The position numbers were made by a program, and so were the translations under genes. Source: Macrostomum hystrix (taxonomy: Eukaryota; Animalia; Platyhelminthes). From it: 64,000 nucleotides of DNA. The notes beneath the pieces were generated by a model. That model had not been told where the DNA came from. It saw only the letters and a program-made list of their open reading frames with translations, and searched no databases. The stretch is from the NCBI GenBank assembly GCA_950097015.1, contig CATNEN010000003.1:8990001-9054000 (forward strand), written 5' to 3'. Positions 22,420 to 34,743 of the stretch are shown piece after piece (the stretch's first letter is position 1; each line of letters opens with the position of its first letter).

Positions 22420-25400
22420 ATGAAGTTTGCCGAACACCTACAAGCTCATCTAACACCCGAATGGCGAACTCAGTACATCGACTATGATGTGAGTCTTATG
22501 GCGCGACATTTTTTCATCTCTAGTCATTATCGTGTGTCATTATCCTCAGATAACTTGATCATATCACAGGATGGTCATAGATTCCTATTTTTAGCTAAAT
22601 ATGTGAAAATTCCATAGTTAAAAAATGTCATTTTAAATCAACATTTCAGGAGCTGAAAGAATTCTGCTACAAATGTTTAGAAGAAGCAGCAACAATACAG
22701 AGTGAGTGAGATATATTTGATTTTAAATATATGTTTTTATACTAGCTACTCGTTGATTTACAAGTTTTTTTACCTTTGGGGTTAAAACTCTAGACCACGT
22801 TTTGCAGGAATAATTAAGACACATACTGACGCCGTTCTTTTGAATCACATTTTGAAGCAGAATATTATTTTGACGCAGGCTATGGGAGACTGTCTCAATA
22901 AAAAAGTACAAAATTCTCAGTTTTCGTTGATAATTTTTCTTTGCAAAATATTTTTCGATACATATCGGCCAATTTTCAAACCCATGATGAATCCCAATTA
23001 GGGCTGATTTGTCTATCTCAAAAATACATTACCCGGTTTTACAACTCCTGACCCTGAAATACGATTTTCGATACATATAGGCAAACTGTTTAAATATATT
23101 TTTCCAAGCCTCATTTAAACAAATCGTCCGTCAGCTTAGTAAAATCACGTTGGAAGATTTAAAAGCTTCCTTGATGTCAACGCCATAGTTACAAGTATTT
23201 CGATACATATCGTCACATTTCTAACCTGTCAGGCGAAGAAGACCGGCTTATGTTTTTCGTTGAAAAGGACGAGAAATTCTACGAACTATGCGAAGCCGAA
23301 TTAAACAAAATCAACGACTTCTTCGGCGAAAAAGTGGCCGAAGCGAAGCGAAAGCTCAAAGATCTCGAGTCAGAACTCAAAGAGTACAAAGTTCAAGCTG
23401 CCGAACGAAAATTCATGCACTCTAAGATGACGCTGGAAGTAGCCGAGCCAGTCAAGAAGGAAGAGCCCGAGACGTTCAGCAAGGCCATCCTGCCCGGCTC
23501 TGTGCTGCGCAGACGCGAGGAGCGCAAGAAAAAGAAGAAGCGCGTCAGAAAGATGCAGGACATCAAACTGGCCTACCAGGAATACTATTTGAATCTAATT
23601 CTGTTGCAGAATTTTCAGACGCTCAATTTCACAGGATTTAGAAAGATACTAAAGAAGCATGACAAGGTGAGGATTTGGACTGCTCAAGGGTCAGAAATTG
23701 TAGGCCAGATGTACAGTCCACGGACTGGAAAGGGGTCGCCACTCCAATCCTAATTCTACCTTAATGAGAATTAAGTGTTAAGTTTTTTTCCCAGTCCTGA
23801 TAGGATTCGAACTCGAGACCTCCCGGGTAGCAGTCAAACGCTAAAACCACTAGGCTACAACTAACCGTCGTGAGACCAGCTTCCGCGTACTAAATAATCC
23901 TTCCAGGTATTCGGCCTCTCATCTGGTTATCAATGGCGAGTCAGAAACGTTGAATCGTCTAGATTTCATCTCAGCAAGGAGGTGACCGATTTTATTAATC
24001 GAGTTGAGCAGACTTACATCACGGATTTGGAGCAGGGCGATAGGCACGCTGCGATGAAGCGGCTTCGAGTGCCGCCTCTGGCTGAGCAGGTCTGTTGTGC
24101 TCAAATCTATCTGTTTGGCTATTTTTATTTGGGGTAAAAGTTCGTAGTTATTTGTTTGGTTATTTATTCAACGATCATTCGTTTATTCATCTAGGCCAGT
24201 CATCTAATAAAGAGCTAATTTTGATCATCTAAAAATGATCATACGTTTGTAATCTCCAGAATAATCATACGTTTTGTCATCTAAAGAATGATCATAAGTT
24301 TGGTCATTTTGAGAATGGTCATAACTTTGGTCATCTTGAGAATGGTCATACCTTTGGTCATCTAGAGAATGATCATAACTTTTGTCATCTAGAGAATGGT
24401 CATAAGTTTAGTCATCTAGAAAAGGATCATAACTTTGGTCGTCTAGAGAATGATAATGTATTTGTCATCTAGAGAATGGTCATAAGTTTAGTCATCTAGA
24501 AAAGGATCATAAGTTTATCATCTAGAGAATGGTAATAACTTTGGTCATCTTGAGAATTATCATAACTTTGGTCATCTAGAAAAGGATCATAAGTTTGTCA
24601 TCTAGAGAATGGTCATAACTTTAGTCATCTACAGAATAATCATAAGTTTGGTCATCTTGAGAATGATCATAACTTTGGTCATCTAGAGAATTGTCATAAG
24701 TTTGTCATCTAGAGAATGATCATGTTTGTCATCCTGAGACCGATCATAAGTTTGGTCATCTATGAGTGCTTGGCATCGATCATAAGTTGAGTCATTTGGG
24801 TGTATGAAAATGAGTTCATTAGAAATCACAAAAGTGCATTCGTCATTAGCTGCACTTAGCTGCATCTCAAGGCTTAAACATGAGACTCAATCATGCATGG
24901 TCATGCTCCAATAACTTGACAATGACTCACAACTAAAGCGCGTGAAGCGAACGTCAAATATGAATTGAACTATTTTGATTCTGTAGATCTTTCTTTCTAG
25001 AATTTTCCAGGCAACAGTTTCCAGACCATCTGTTTAGATCTTATCGGATTTTGTTAGAACGCAAAGAAACACAACTATTTCATTGACCTCTAGTCCCAGA
25101 CTTGTATAGAATTGGCGTTATAACAATGATTGTCAACTCCTGATAAGTAGAATAGATTAAATAAGAAAGGTGTTACAATTGCAAGTGTGCACCCACCTCC
25201 GTAAGTGCCTGGCTGCAGTGTGGCGCGATCCTATTTATTCTCCAGAACCGTATCTTGATTTTTGTAGTAAGTTAGGCGTTGTTGAACTTGTTTTTTTAAT
25301 ATTAGTTAACGTATTGTCTTGAAAAGGCAAGTTTTTCTTTCGCAAAGATAACGACATTGGTCCTCGACAACTCCAAAAGCAAGCTTTAACGCATCCAGGG

Positions 25401-28400
25401 TTACTTTTTTCAACACTATCTACAGAAACACACACAGATCCAGGTGCGAACTTAAAAAACACATATTTCAAAGAAACAAAATAAAATTTCACCCATTGTT
25501 TGATAAAAAATGTGCAAGTGTTTGTCGTCTTGTGGCTACACTCGTGTCACCGATTCACTGACTTGTCCGCTTGCACACACACTTACAAAATCGCTCTAAT
25601 TAAACAATATCAATATATCAATTCCGACGGAGAGACATTGGGAGAGAGAAATGACACACAATCAGAAAATTGATAAGACCAGACGGTCGTACTCGCTTGC
25701 TGAGCGTGCAAATATGGTCGCTTCGACACCTTAACTGATTAGATGTGGCTAAACGCGCGGCAGTTGTCTCTACTGTGTATAAATGCACTGTGAAATATCA
25801 CTCGGACAATACCAAGAGCTAAGAGTAAAACATTGAGCAGGGAATCTTATAGAAGCATCAGGAGATAAAATGGCTCAGGCTTCTAAAGACGGCAAATCCG
25901 AGAGTGACAGCAGCGCTCGAATGGCCTCTTTATTTGGCGTACAACGAATCCGAGACTACCTATCCAATAGTACACTGTTTCGTAGTCGGGTCAACTCCGA
26001 GCATCGGCCCAGTGTTAGTAAATCGTCTCTACGCGACAGCGCATTCGAAGACTCTTCATCTGACAGCGAAACGGAACGCGATCTCCGGCTTGGCAATGTG
26101 ACATTGTGGGACTACGGCGGCTCAAACTTTAGCCAGCTATTGCAGGCTCCATCGCATAGGTACACTCGAAATCACCACTATAATCAGCACAGCAGGTTCC
26201 ACTCGCCTTCTCCAATTCGTTTGCGTTCGCGCAACGTCTCGGAATCTTCGCGCATTGCCCCAACAAACCCTGTCAATGTTGACAGTTATGAAACTGGCGA
26301 ATTTCGCGGACGCGTCAACTCATACGGTCGTCAGCGCCTTCGCTCCGAAGCCGACCATCGCGGACTGTCTAGCTTTCCCAACATTCATCGCCTGGAACAG
26401 CATCCGGAGCTAGAGGAGGGTTCGCCATCGCCTTCGTCACCGAAAGAGGTGCCAACTATTCAAATCTTTTTCAACCAATCAACGCCTCAGCCGCCACCGC
26501 CGCCAGTGTCCATGCAGTCCGCTTGTCAGCTATTAATGCAACGTCACTGGCGTTCCAACAGTGTCAGAACTGAGCGTTGCAAATCTGGGAAGCTGGAAAA
26601 CAACTATTACTACGACGGTGACGATGATGACGACGATGAAGATGAGCTTTATTTGGAGCGTCGACGTTACACGCACGGCGCCGATAATGCTGGCGGCCCC
26701 CTTATAGCTTACGACGTGTTGGATAGGGCCGGCAGTAGATTAGACACCTTGCAATACCTGTCAACAAACTGTTTGCCACCGGATCGGCGCGACTTTGAAT
26801 CCACCTGGGCCCTGCCAGAGAATTCTTACAAATTGGAGACTTACATTCGACGCTACATCTTACACACTACTGAGCCTATTAAGGTTTTTTGCCTTAAACT
26901 GTATGAATTCTTTGCTTTGGACTTGGTTATAGCGCATAATTTAAAGGCAACTACATTGAAGACAATAAATACTTGTAGCAGCTCAGAGCAGAAACAAAAA
27001 ATACTATTCTGCAGCCAAGCAATAAGGTCTGACGCGTTCGCCTCTCGCACCATGGTCCCTAAGCTCGATCCGTGGCGAGGCCACATTCATTCAGGGCGCA
27101 GCCGCGGAGAGAAGGCTTGGGGGCTTGTCGTGCAATTCACGCCATTGAAAGACAAACCTCCAATGCACAGTGAGTGTACACTGCCTGACGATGAGGAAGT
27201 AAGGGCAGGTGTACACACCTGTGTGAGCGTGTGCCTGCGTACAGTATCTGTGTGCGTGTGTGCTCAGGAGTCAGCGAAACGGGCAGAATTGCCTCCTAGT
27301 CTAGTGTCACCAAATAATAAGCGATAGCCCGCAGCCCTCCAGCAATTATTATCCTCATTATTTTAATCTGCAGGAGAATCCGTGGACGACATTTCTAGTT
27401 GGCTTCTGCTTCGGCATCTTTCTTGTTCAAATGTTTACCGCCATATTGGCCATTATCTATCTTGGCAATACAATATCGCCCTGGGAGCCGGGTCTGCGCT
27501 TTTATCGCAGCACCTTCCTAGTGCCATTGTTTCTATTCTATCTCGGCGTTAATACCTACGGTTGGAGAACGGCCGGCGTTAATCACGTTCTAATCTTTGA
27601 GATTGATCCTAGGGATCATTTGAATCACACGGAGATTATGAAAATTAGTGGCATATTTGCTGTTGTTTGGGCTAGCTCGCTGCAGTTGTTCCTATTCTCC
27701 AGTTGGCTAAGCGGTTTCCCCACCTATGCGGCGCCAATGTTCGTCTGTTTGTTTATGCCACTCTATCTACTGAATCCGCTGCCTGTGTTTCAGTACAAAT
27801 CTAGGCGATGGCTTCGTCGAGTTTTGGTACGACAAATCTCTGTTCTACTCTCTAATATTTCTCTCTATCCCATCTATAAATCCCATCTAACCGTAACTTC
27901 TATCTTCCAAAAAGCTGCATCACCCGAAAAACCCATCTACCTTTTATTTTTATCTCACGAGAAATCTTATCTCACCGATCGAAAGTCCCATCTCACTATA
28001 AATCCTACCTATCCTTAAATCCCATCTCACTATAAGTCCTACCTATCCTTAAATCCCATCTCACTATAAATCCTACCTATCCTTAAATCCCATCTCACTA
28101 TAAATCCTACCTATCCTCAAATCCCATCTGACTATATGGGACCAGAATCCCATCCACCCTTAAATTTCATTTTACCGAAAATCCCACTTATCCTCAAATT
28201 CCATCTCACCAAAAATCCTATCCACCCATTAATCCCATCTCTCATTGAATTCATTTTTAGTTACTTAAAGCTTAAACGTCCGATCCCTAATCCACAAACT
28301 TGAATTCCAGTTCCGGATATTCACAGCCCCGCTACACCCTGTGATGTTCGCGGATTTCTGGCTAGCAGATCAGCTGAACAGCTTGGCCATTCTGTTTGTT

Positions 28401-31400
28401 GACTCTGAATTCTTTGTCTGTTTCTACGCCTCCCAGTTAAACTGGGGCTCCGGTTTGACGCCAAGTGTTAATGCCACCGCGGCCGCCACTGCCGCAGTGA
28501 CTGAGTCTGTTGGTGAGTTTTCCCACTCTTCTGGATTTGCCAATAGGGTTGCAGGAATTTAATAACAGCGGATTGCAGGAATGGGATAACAATGGATTGC
28601 AGGAATGGGATTACAGCGGATTGCAGGAATGGGATTACAGTGGATTGCAGGAATGTAATAACAGTGGATTGCAGGAATGTAATAACAGTGGATTGCAGGA
28701 ATGGAATAACAGTGGATTGCAGGAATGGAATAACAGTGGATTGCTGGAATGGGATTACAGTGGATTGCAGGAATGGGATTACAGTGGATTGCAGGAATGT
28801 AATAACAGTGGATTGCAGGAATGGAATAACAGTGGATTGCTGGAATGGGATTACAGTGGATTGCTGGAATGGGATTACAGTGGATTGCTGGAATGTAATA
28901 ACAGTGGATTGCAGGAATGGAATAACAGTGGATTGCTGGAATGGGATTACAGTGGATTGCAGGAATGGGATTACAGTGGATTGCTGGAATGGGATTACAG
29001 CGGATTGCAGGAATGGGATTACAGCGGATTGCTGGAATGGGATTACAGTGGATTGCTGGAATGGGATTACAGTGGATTGCTGGAATGTAATAACAGTGGA
29101 TTGCAGGAATGGAATAACAGTGGATTGCTGGAATGGGATTACAGTGGATTGCAGGAATGGGATTACAGTGGATTGCTGGAATGGGATTACAGCGGATTGC
29201 AGGAATGGGATTACAGCGGATTGCTGGAATGGGATTACAGCGGATTGCAGGAATGGGATTACAGTGGATTGCAGGAATGGGATTACAGTGGATTGCAGGA
29301 ATGGGATTACAGCGGATTGCAGGAATGGGATTACAGTGGATTGCAGGAATGGGATTACAGCGGATTGCTGGAATGGGATAACAGCGGATTGCTGGAATGG
29401 GATAACAGCGGATTGCTGGAATGGGATTACATCGGTTTGCTGTAATTAGTTAAATGCGATTAGAGATGGTATAACAGTGAATGTCAGGAATGGGATAGCA
29501 GGAAATTGCAGGAAATTGCAGGACAGCACAGCAATAATATGCAAGGCACCCATTATCAAACTCTAAAGCCAGAGGCGGTATCTGCTCCGGCTTAATGTTG
29601 GGCCTGACGCCCCTTATCAAATGCCTGCCAGCCTGGTTCCGCTTTGCCCAATGCGTTCGTCGCTACTACGACATGAAAGAGAGGCACTTGTTTCCGCATA
29701 TGGTCAATGCTGGAAAGTATAGCATGACCTTTCTTGTCACTGCTAGCGCGGTCTGCTATCAACTGACGGAAAGTGAGTCTTTGTTGCGTAGACGAGATTC
29801 ACTGGTGAGGGTTTGGGATTGGATTGGTGAGAGAACTGAGATTAGACAGCTGTGAGAGCTGAGATTAGACAGCTGAGAGAGCTGAGATTAGACAGCTGAG
29901 AGAGCTGAGATTAGACAGCTGTGAGAGCTGAGATTAGACAGCTGAGAGAGCTGAGATAAGACAGCTGAGAGAGCTGAGATTAGACAGCTGAGAGAGCTGA
30001 GATTAGACAGCTGACAGAACTGAGATTAGACAGCTGAGAGCTCTAAGATTAGACAGCTGACAGAACTGAGATTAGACAGCTGACAGAACTGAATTAGACA
30101 GCTGACAGAACTGAGATTAGACAGCTGACAGAACTGAGATTAGACAGCTGAGAGCTCTAAGATTAGACAGCTGACAGAACTGAGATTAGACAGCTGACAG
30201 AACTGAATTAGACAGCTGACAGAACTGAGATTAGACAGCTGACAGAACTGAGATTAGACAGCTGAGAGCTCTAAGATTTGACAGCTGACAGAACTGAGAT
30301 TAGACAGCTGACAGAACTGAGATTAGACAGCTGACAGAACTGAGATTAGACAGCTGAGAGAGCTGAGATTAGACAGCTGACAGAACTGAGATTAGACAGC
30401 TGACAGAACTGAGATTAGACAGCTGACAGAACTGAGATTAGACAGCTGAGAGAGCTGAGATTAGACAGCTGACAGAACTGAGATTAGACAACTGAGAGAG
30501 CTGAGATTAGACAGCTGACAGAACTGAGATTAGACAGCTGACAGAACTGAGATTAGACAGCTGACAGAACTGAGATTAGACAGCTGACAGAGCTGAGATT
30601 AGACAGCTCAGAGAGCTGAGATTAGACAGCTGACAGAACTGAGATTAGACAGCTGACAGAACTGAGATTAGACAGCTGAGAGAGATGAGATTAGACAGCT
30701 GAGAGAGCTGAGATTAGACAGCTGAGAGAGCTGAGATTAGACAGCTGAGAGAGCTGAGATTAGACAGCTGAGAGAGCTGAGATTAGACAGCTGACAGAAC
30801 TGAGATTAGACAACTGAGAGAGCTGAGATTAGACAGCTGACAGAACTGAGATTAGACAGCTGACAGAACTGAGATTAGACAGCTGACAGAACTGAGATTA
30901 GACAGCTGACAGAACTGGGATTAGACAGCTGAGAGAGCTGAGATTAGACAGCTGAGAGAGCTGATATTAGACAGCTGACAGAACTGAGATTAGACAGCTG
31001 ACAGAACTGAGATTAGACAGCTGAGAGAGCTGAGATTAGACAGCTGAGAGAGCTGAGATTAGACAGCTGAGAGAGCTGAGATTAGACAGCTGAGAGAGCT
31101 GAGATTAGACAGCTGACAGAGCTGAGATTAGACAGCTGAGAGAGCTGAGATTAGACAGCTGACAGAACTGAGATTAGACAGCTGAGAGCTCTAAGATTAG
31201 ATAGTTGAGAGGAGAGCACTTAGATTAGACATGCGGGTTGAAATTAGACAGGTGAGGATTGAGATTGGACAGGTGAGGATTGAGATTTGACAGGTGAGGA
31301 TTGAGGTTAGACAGGTGAGGATTGAGATTAGAGATTAGATAGGTGAGAATTGAGATTAGACAGGTGAGAATTGAGATTAGAAATTAGATAGGTGAGAATT

Positions 31401-34400
31401 GAGATTAGACAGGTGAGAATTGAGATTAGAGATTAGATAGGTGAGAATTGAGATTAGACAGGTGAGAATTGAGATTAGACAGGTGAGAATTGAGATTAGA
31501 CAGGTGAGAGATGAAGTTGGGCAGGCGAGGAATAAAATAAAGATTTGAGATTGTGATTAGAAAGGTGGGGTGATATTAGACTGTTGGAGGTGAGCTTAGA
31601 CATTTAAGTGAACAAAGACCAGTATCAGCAGTTTTTCACTCACTGTAGCCACAGCAGCCCTGGTGGTGCTCATCATCCTGTCGCTATTGGCCACTGTGTA
31701 TTGCTACGCCTGGGATATCCTAATGGACTGGGGCCTCTTGGATCGGCCCAAGGATGGCCAATTTCTTAGAGACGAACTGGTGTACAATCGCACCTGGGTA
31801 TATTATGCGGCAATGGCAGAGGATCTGGTACTGCGCTTAACCTGGGCTTGCAGCATCGGATTAAAATTTCAGACCGCTATTAATCAACAGGTGATTGTTT
31901 GCTATTTTTTCATTCTAATAGCCTTTACTCTAGCGACTCTCATTACATAATGGTCTAATGACCTTCCTTTTAATGTCCTAATGACCATCAGTCTAATAAT
32001 AAGTCATTTTGATGACATGTACTACAATGTGCATCACTCTAATAACGTTCTAACTCCCTAATGACCTTCTCTCTAATGACCTTCTCCCTAATGACCTTCT
32101 CTCTAATGACCTTCTCTCTAATGACCTTCTCTCTAATGACCTTCTCTCTAATGACCTTCTCTCTAATGACCTTCTCTCTAATGACCTTCTCTCTAATGAC
32201 CTTCTCTCTAATGACCTTCTCTCTAATGACCTTCTCTCTAATGACCTCTCTAATGACCTTCACTCTAATAACGTACTCTCTATTGACCTTCTCTGTAATG
32301 ACCTCTCTAATGAACTTTTCTCTAATGACCTTCTCTCTAATGACCTTCTCTCTAATGACCTTCTCTCTAATGACCTTCTCTCTAATGACCTTCTCTCTAA
32401 TGACCTTCTCTCTAATGACCTTCTCTCTAATGACCTTCTACCTAATGACCTTCCCCCTAATGACGTACTCTCTATTGACCTTCTCTGTAATGACCTTCTC
32501 TCTAATGACCTTTTCTCTAATGACCTTCTCCCTAATGACCTTCTACCTAATGACCTTCTCTGTAATGACCTTCTCTCTAATGACATTCTCTCTAATGACC
32601 TCTCTAATGATCTTCTCTCTAATGACCTTCTCTCTAATGACCTTCTCTCTGTAATCACCTGCCATTCTAATGAGTTCATTTTAATTACCCCTGTCTATAA
32701 TTAATCGTCACTAAAATGACATAGATTTTTCATTCATTCTTAATCAAAATTTAAGTTTTAATTTAACGATATTAACCTTGGCTTCACACAGTAAAGTGCA
32801 TATATTTCCGTTCCAACAGGTGCTAGCCTCCGTAATTGGCGTACTGGAAGTTACTCGTCGTTTCGTCTGGAATTTCTTTCGCCTGGAGAACGAACATCTG
32901 AACAACTGCGGCCAGTTCAGAGCAGTTCGCGACATCTACATCCAGCCAGTCAGGCCGAAGATGTCTAGCGATGAGAATGGCGATGCAGCTGAAGAGAGGG
33001 AGCCAAGTCCCATTGCGCCTAGGAGATACGCGCCCTACCTGTACCGCAGCTCTCAGGTAGATTTTTTAACTTTTCCGATATTATCTATGTGTAAATTACT
33101 CTTTGATCTCGCCGACACCTTTAAACTGTAAACTAACAAATTAATCTTATTTCCATTTTCTTTTTCACCCCTTTGTTCTACGCGCAATTTTCTCAGAAAT
33201 TACCCTTATATATCACCGCCATTTTTTATTATAAGCTAGCCTTTAATCTCGCCGCCAACATCTAACCAATAAACTACCATTTTAATATTGCCCCTATTTT
33301 CTTACCCTTTTCTTCTGTCCACTATTTTCTACTTATAAGTTATCCTTTGATGTCAACGCCATTTTTTAAATTATAAACTAACCCTTTAATCTCGCCGCCA
33401 CTTTCTAACATCACCGCAATTTTTTATATAAGCAAGCCTCTTGATCTCGCCGCTAGTTTCTGTTTATAGATACCATTTGATGTCACCGCCATTTTTATTA
33501 TAAGGATGCCTTTGATCTCGCCGCTAGTTTCTGTTTATAGATTACCATTTGATGTCACTGTCATTTTTATTATAAGGATGCCTTTGATCTCGCCGCTAGT
33601 TTCTGTTTATAGATTACCATTTTATGTCACCGCCATTTTTATTATAAGGACACCTTTGATCTCGCCGCTAGTTTCTGTTTATAGATACCATTTGATGTCA
33701 CCGCCATTTTTATTATAAGGATGCCTTTGATCTCGACGCTAGTTTCTGTTTATAGATACCATTTGATGTCACCGCCATTTTTATTATAAGGATGCCTTTG
33801 ATCTCGACGCTAGTTTCTGTTTATAGATACTATTTGATGTCACCGCCATTTTTATTATAAGGATGCCTTTGATCTCGACGCTAGTTTCTGTTTATAGATA
33901 CCATTTGATGTCACCGCCATTTTTATTATAAGGATGCCTTTGATCTCGACGCTAGTTTCTGTTTATAGATACTATTTGATGTCACCGCCATTTTTTATTA
34001 TAAGGATGCCTTTGATCTCGCCGCTAGTTTCTGTTTATAGATACCATTTGATGTCACCGCCATTTTTATTATAAGGATGCCTTTGATCTCGCCGCTAGTT
34101 TCTGTTTATAGATTACCATTTGATGTCACCGCCATTTTTTATTATAAGGATGCCTTTGATCTCGCCGCTAGTTTCTGTTAATAGATACCATTTGATGTCA
34201 CCGATATATATATTATTTAAAAGTATTCGCTTATTCGGCGACATTTTCAACCTATATTTGAGATATTTCTTTTCTCGTCGATATTTTCGATTTAAATTTT
34301 TTTTGATCTGGCCGCTACATATACCCGTACTTTTCAGAAACCTATTATTGGTTCTGTCATTTATGTACATTAAAGTATTTTAATTTCACTGCCACCCACT

Positions 34401-34743
34401 TAAAAAAATACATTTTATTGTTAATTGTTTTTATCACAAGCCGCATATTTTCTTGATAAAAATAGCCTTTTGACTTAAAAACACAACTCAATCTCAAACA
34501 CAGGAGCGCCTAAACCAATCGCAGCTTCTGCATAGCATTCAAAACCTTGTTGGAATCGGCGGAGGCGGCAATCGCCTCAGTCGGGTGAACAGCAAGGCTC
34601 CAGTTGACGGCGACGATGAACCCCTGACATCCGGCGGTGGTGGCAGCGGCGCTGGCAGCAGGCCCCAGTCCTACTATCATTCCAATCTGTCTCGCGCCGA
34701 TGCTTTTCCCATATCCGATCCAGAAGCTGAGCACACTGCTTGA
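22420..34743 (+). CDS. XPR1: XPR1/SLC53A1 phosphate exporter (SPX + EXS domains), ~771 aa
   Basis: Exons 22420-22488, 22650-22701, 23233-23666, 23907-24089, 27374-27826, 28311-28512, 29569-29772 (acceptor least certain), 31649-31890, 32820-33056, 34504-34743; phases consistent, 2316 nt. Motifs [51 protein letters not shown] and [27 protein letters not shown]. Confidence 0.96.
23790..23862 (-). mobile_element. tRNA-derived SINE head (family B)
   Basis: Minus strand GTTGTAGCCTAGTGG...GAGTTCGAATCC A/B boxes. Confidence 0.65.
24225..24790. repeat. Intronic ~27-bp minisatellite (GTCATCTAGAGAATGATCATAACTTTG)
   Basis: Degenerate tandem array. Confidence 0.92.
25870..26883 (+). CDS. Putative alternative first coding exon of XPR1 (338 codons) replacing the SPX domain
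   Basis: TATAAAT at 25778-25784, in-frame stop at 25834 then ATG at 25870, GC-rich coding-like sequence up to a phase-0 AAG|GTTTTT donor, compatible with the phase-0 XPR1 acceptor at 27374. Confidence 0.7.
27020..27355 (+). mobile_element. SINE-like repeat (family A)
   Basis: Homologous to 3445-3720 and 38735-38990; ends in CAATTATTAT. Confidence 0.8.
27985..28230. repeat. ~34-bp tandem repeat (AAATCCCATCTCACTATAAATCCTACCTATCCTT)
   Basis: About 4 good copies plus degenerate flanks. Confidence 0.85.
28545..29435. repeat. Intronic 24-bp minisatellite (GGATTGCAGGAATGGGATTACAGT)
   Basis: Tandem array; source of the spurious periodic ORFs here. Confidence 0.97.
29830..31510. repeat. Intronic 23-bp minisatellite (AGCTGAGATTAGACAGCTGAGAG) grading into a 21-bp variant (GAGATTAGACAGGTGAGAATT)
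   Basis: Tandem arrays filling the XPR1 intron. Confidence 0.96.
32050..32655. repeat. Intronic 15-bp minisatellite (CTAATGACCTTCTCT)
   Basis: Tandem array. Confidence 0.97.
33200..34205. repeat. Intronic ~71-bp tandem repeat (GATGTCACCGCCATTTTTATTATAAGGATGCCTTTGATCTCGCCGCTAG...)
   Basis: About 10 good copies plus degenerate upstream copies. Confidence 0.95.

Noticed and set aside
26884-27327. C-terminal 147 aa of the 485-aa ORF
   Set aside because: Read-through of AT-rich intron sequence and a family A SINE also found at 3445 and 38735.
28510-29449. Periodic ORFs (SGLQEWDY)n and overlapping frames
   Set aside because: Intronic 24-bp minisatellite lying between valid XPR1 splice sites.
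32039-32679. (MTFSL)n / (EKVIR)n ORFs
   Set aside because: 15-bp intronic minisatellite.
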